Shown here: positions 30,606 to 32,000 of the stretch, piece by piece
How the letters are laid out: every line of letters starts with the position of its first letter
Position numbering within the stretch: position 1 is the first letter of the stretch
Assembly: GCF_001457595.1 (NCBI RefSeq)
Contig: NZ_LN831039.1
Location: 990,001 to 1,022,000, forward strand
Source of the DNA: Mycolicibacterium smegmatis
Lineage (GTDB): Bacteria > Actinomycetota > Actinomycetes > Mycobacteriales > Mycobacteriaceae
Length of the DNA stretch: 32,000 nucleotides
Direction: 5' to 3'
Notes under the pieces: generated by a model
What the model was told of the DNA's origin: nothing
What the model saw: the letters and a program-made list of their open reading frames with translations, nothing else
Database searches by the model: none
Position numbers and translations under genes: made by a program

Positions 30606-32000
30606 ATGACGGTCTTTTCCCGTCCGGGTGCGGCAGACGCCCGGATGTCATTTGAGTCCCGCTACGACAACTTCATCGGTGGTGACTGGGTGGCGCCCGT
30701 CGACGGGCGATATTTCGAGAATCCGACGCCGGTGACCGGTCAGGTGTTCTGCGAGGTGGCCCGCTCCAGCGAGGCCGACGTCGACAAGGCCCTGGATGCG
30801 GCGCACGCCGCGGCGCCCGCGTGGGGCAAGACCGCCCCGGCCGAACGCGCGCTGATCCTCAACCGCATCGCCGACCGCATGGAACAGAAACTGGAGGCGC
30901 TCGCGCTGGCCGAGGCGTGGGACAACGGCAAGCCGATCCGCGAGACACTCAACGCCGACATCCCGCTGGCCATCGACCACTTCCGGTATTTCGCATCCGC
31001 GATCCGCGCACAGGAGGGCTCGCTCAGCGAGGTCGACGAGGACACCGTCGCGTATCACTTCCACGAGCCGTTGGGCGTGGTCGGGCAGATCATCCCGTGG
31101 AACTTCCCGATTCTGATGGCGGTGTGGAAGCTGGCCCCGGCCCTGGCTGCGGGCAACGCCGTGGTGCTCAAACCGGCCGAGCAGACCCCGGCGTCGGTGC
31201 TCTACCTGATGTCGCTGATCGCGGATCTGTTGCCCGCGGGTGTGGTGAACGTCGTCAACGGGTTCGGTGTGGAGGCCGGCAAGCCGCTGGCGTCGAGCAA
31301 CCGCATCGCCAAGATCGCGTTCACCGGTGAGACCACCACGGGCCGGCTGATCATGCAGTACGCGTCGCAGAACCTGATCCCGGTGACCCTGGAACTCGGC
31401 GGCAAGAGCCCCAACATCTTCTTCTCGGATGTCATGGCCGCCAACGACGACTTCCAGGACAAGGCGCTGGAAGGGTTCACGATGTTCGCCCTCAACCAGG
31501 GCGAGGTGTGCACGTGCCCGTCGCGGTCGCTGATCCAGTCCGACATCTACGACGAGTTCCTGGAACTCGCGGCCATCCGCACCAAGGCCGTGCGCCAGGG
31601 CGATCCGCTGGACACCGAGACCATGATCGGCTCTCAGGCGTCCAACGACCAGTTCGAGAAGATCCTGTCCTACATCGAGATCGGCAAGAGCGAGGGCGCC
31701 CGCATCGTGACCGGCGGTGAGCGCGCCGATCTGGGCGGCGACCTGTCGGGTGGTTACTACATCCAGCCGACGATCTTCACCGGCCACAACAAGATGCGCA
31801 TCTTCCAGGAGGAGATCTTCGGCCCGGTCGTGGCGGTCACGTCGTTCAGCGACTACGACGACGCGATCTCGATCGCCAATGACACGCTGTACGGTCTCGG
31901 CGCCGGAGTGTGGAGCCGCGACGGGAACACCGCGTATCGTGCCGGGCGCGACATCAAGGCCGGCCGAGTGTGGACCAACTGCTACCACCAATATCCGGCG
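30606..32000 (+). CDS. NAD-dependent aldehyde dehydrogenase (ExaC-like), truncated by window end
   Basis: '[34 protein letters not shown]', '[25 protein letters not shown]', '[13 protein letters not shown]', '[11 protein letters not shown]'. No stop before position 32000, so it is missing from the ORF track. Confidence 0.93.
   Translation, partial: MTVFSRPGAADARMSFESRYDNFIGGDWVAPVDGRYFENPTPVTGQVFCEVARSSEADVDKALDAAHAAAPAWGKTAPAERALILNRIADRMEQKLEALALAEAWDNGKPIRETLNADIPLAIDHFRYFASAIRAQEGSLSEVDEDTVAYHFHEPLGVVGQIIPWNFPILMAVWKLAPALAAGNAVVLKPAEQTPASVLYLMSLIADLLPAGVVNVVNGFGVEAGKPLASSNRIAKIAFTGETTTGRLIMQYASQNLIPVTLELGGKSPNIFFSDVMAANDDFQDKALEGFTMFALNQGEVCTCPSRSLIQSDIYDEFLELAAIRTKAVRQGDPLDTETMIGSQASNDQFEKILSYIEIGKSEGARIVTGGERADLGGDLSGGYYIQPTIFTGHNKMRIFQEEIFGPVVAVTSFSDYDDAISIANDTLYGLGAGVWSRDGNTAYRAGRDIKAGRVWTNCYHQYPA

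Noticed and set aside
30648-31991. 447 aa minus-strand ORF at the right edge
   Set aside because: Antisense to the real truncated aldehyde dehydrogenase, which the track misses because it has no stop in the window.

Overview
This 32 kb high-GC window looks like ordinary chromosome of a Mycolicibacterium (M. smegmatis-like) species. That assignment is my inference from the GroEL2 sequence and neighbourhood; no search was run. Contents left to right: a three-subunit PaoABC/YagTSR-type molybdenum aldehyde/xanthine oxidoreductase (minus strand); a cupin remnant; a FadR/GntR regulator, MFS transporter and DHDPS/NAL-family lyase; an SDR/TetR divergent pair; groEL2 with two tandem CIRCE operators and a strong terminator; an AbiEi-like/DUF559-type nuclease-fold gene framed by two copies of a stem-loop repeat; a split-barrel protein; an N-acyl-D-amino-acid-deacylase-like amidohydrolase; a VOC protein; a Ser/Thr kinase with an adjacent Mce-associated-like membrane protein; a DinB protein; a PAP2-like protein; an aldehyde dehydrogenase; an HD hydrolase; ppk2; two membrane proteins; a probable acid-sugar catabolic operon (SAF-domain oxidoreductase, FadR/GntR regulator, MHS transporter, DUF1537 kinase, class II aldolase); a prolyl oligopeptidase; and a truncated aldehyde dehydrogenase. 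I see no CRISPR array, transposase or prophage. The best leads are (1) the acid-sugar operon with matching GGTC(A/T)GACC palindromes upstream of its first gene and its regulator, (2) the stem-loop repeats bracketing the nuclease-fold gene, (3) a KstR-type box at the left edge, and (4) the probable Tat/lipobox export signal on the oxidoreductase Fe-S subunit.
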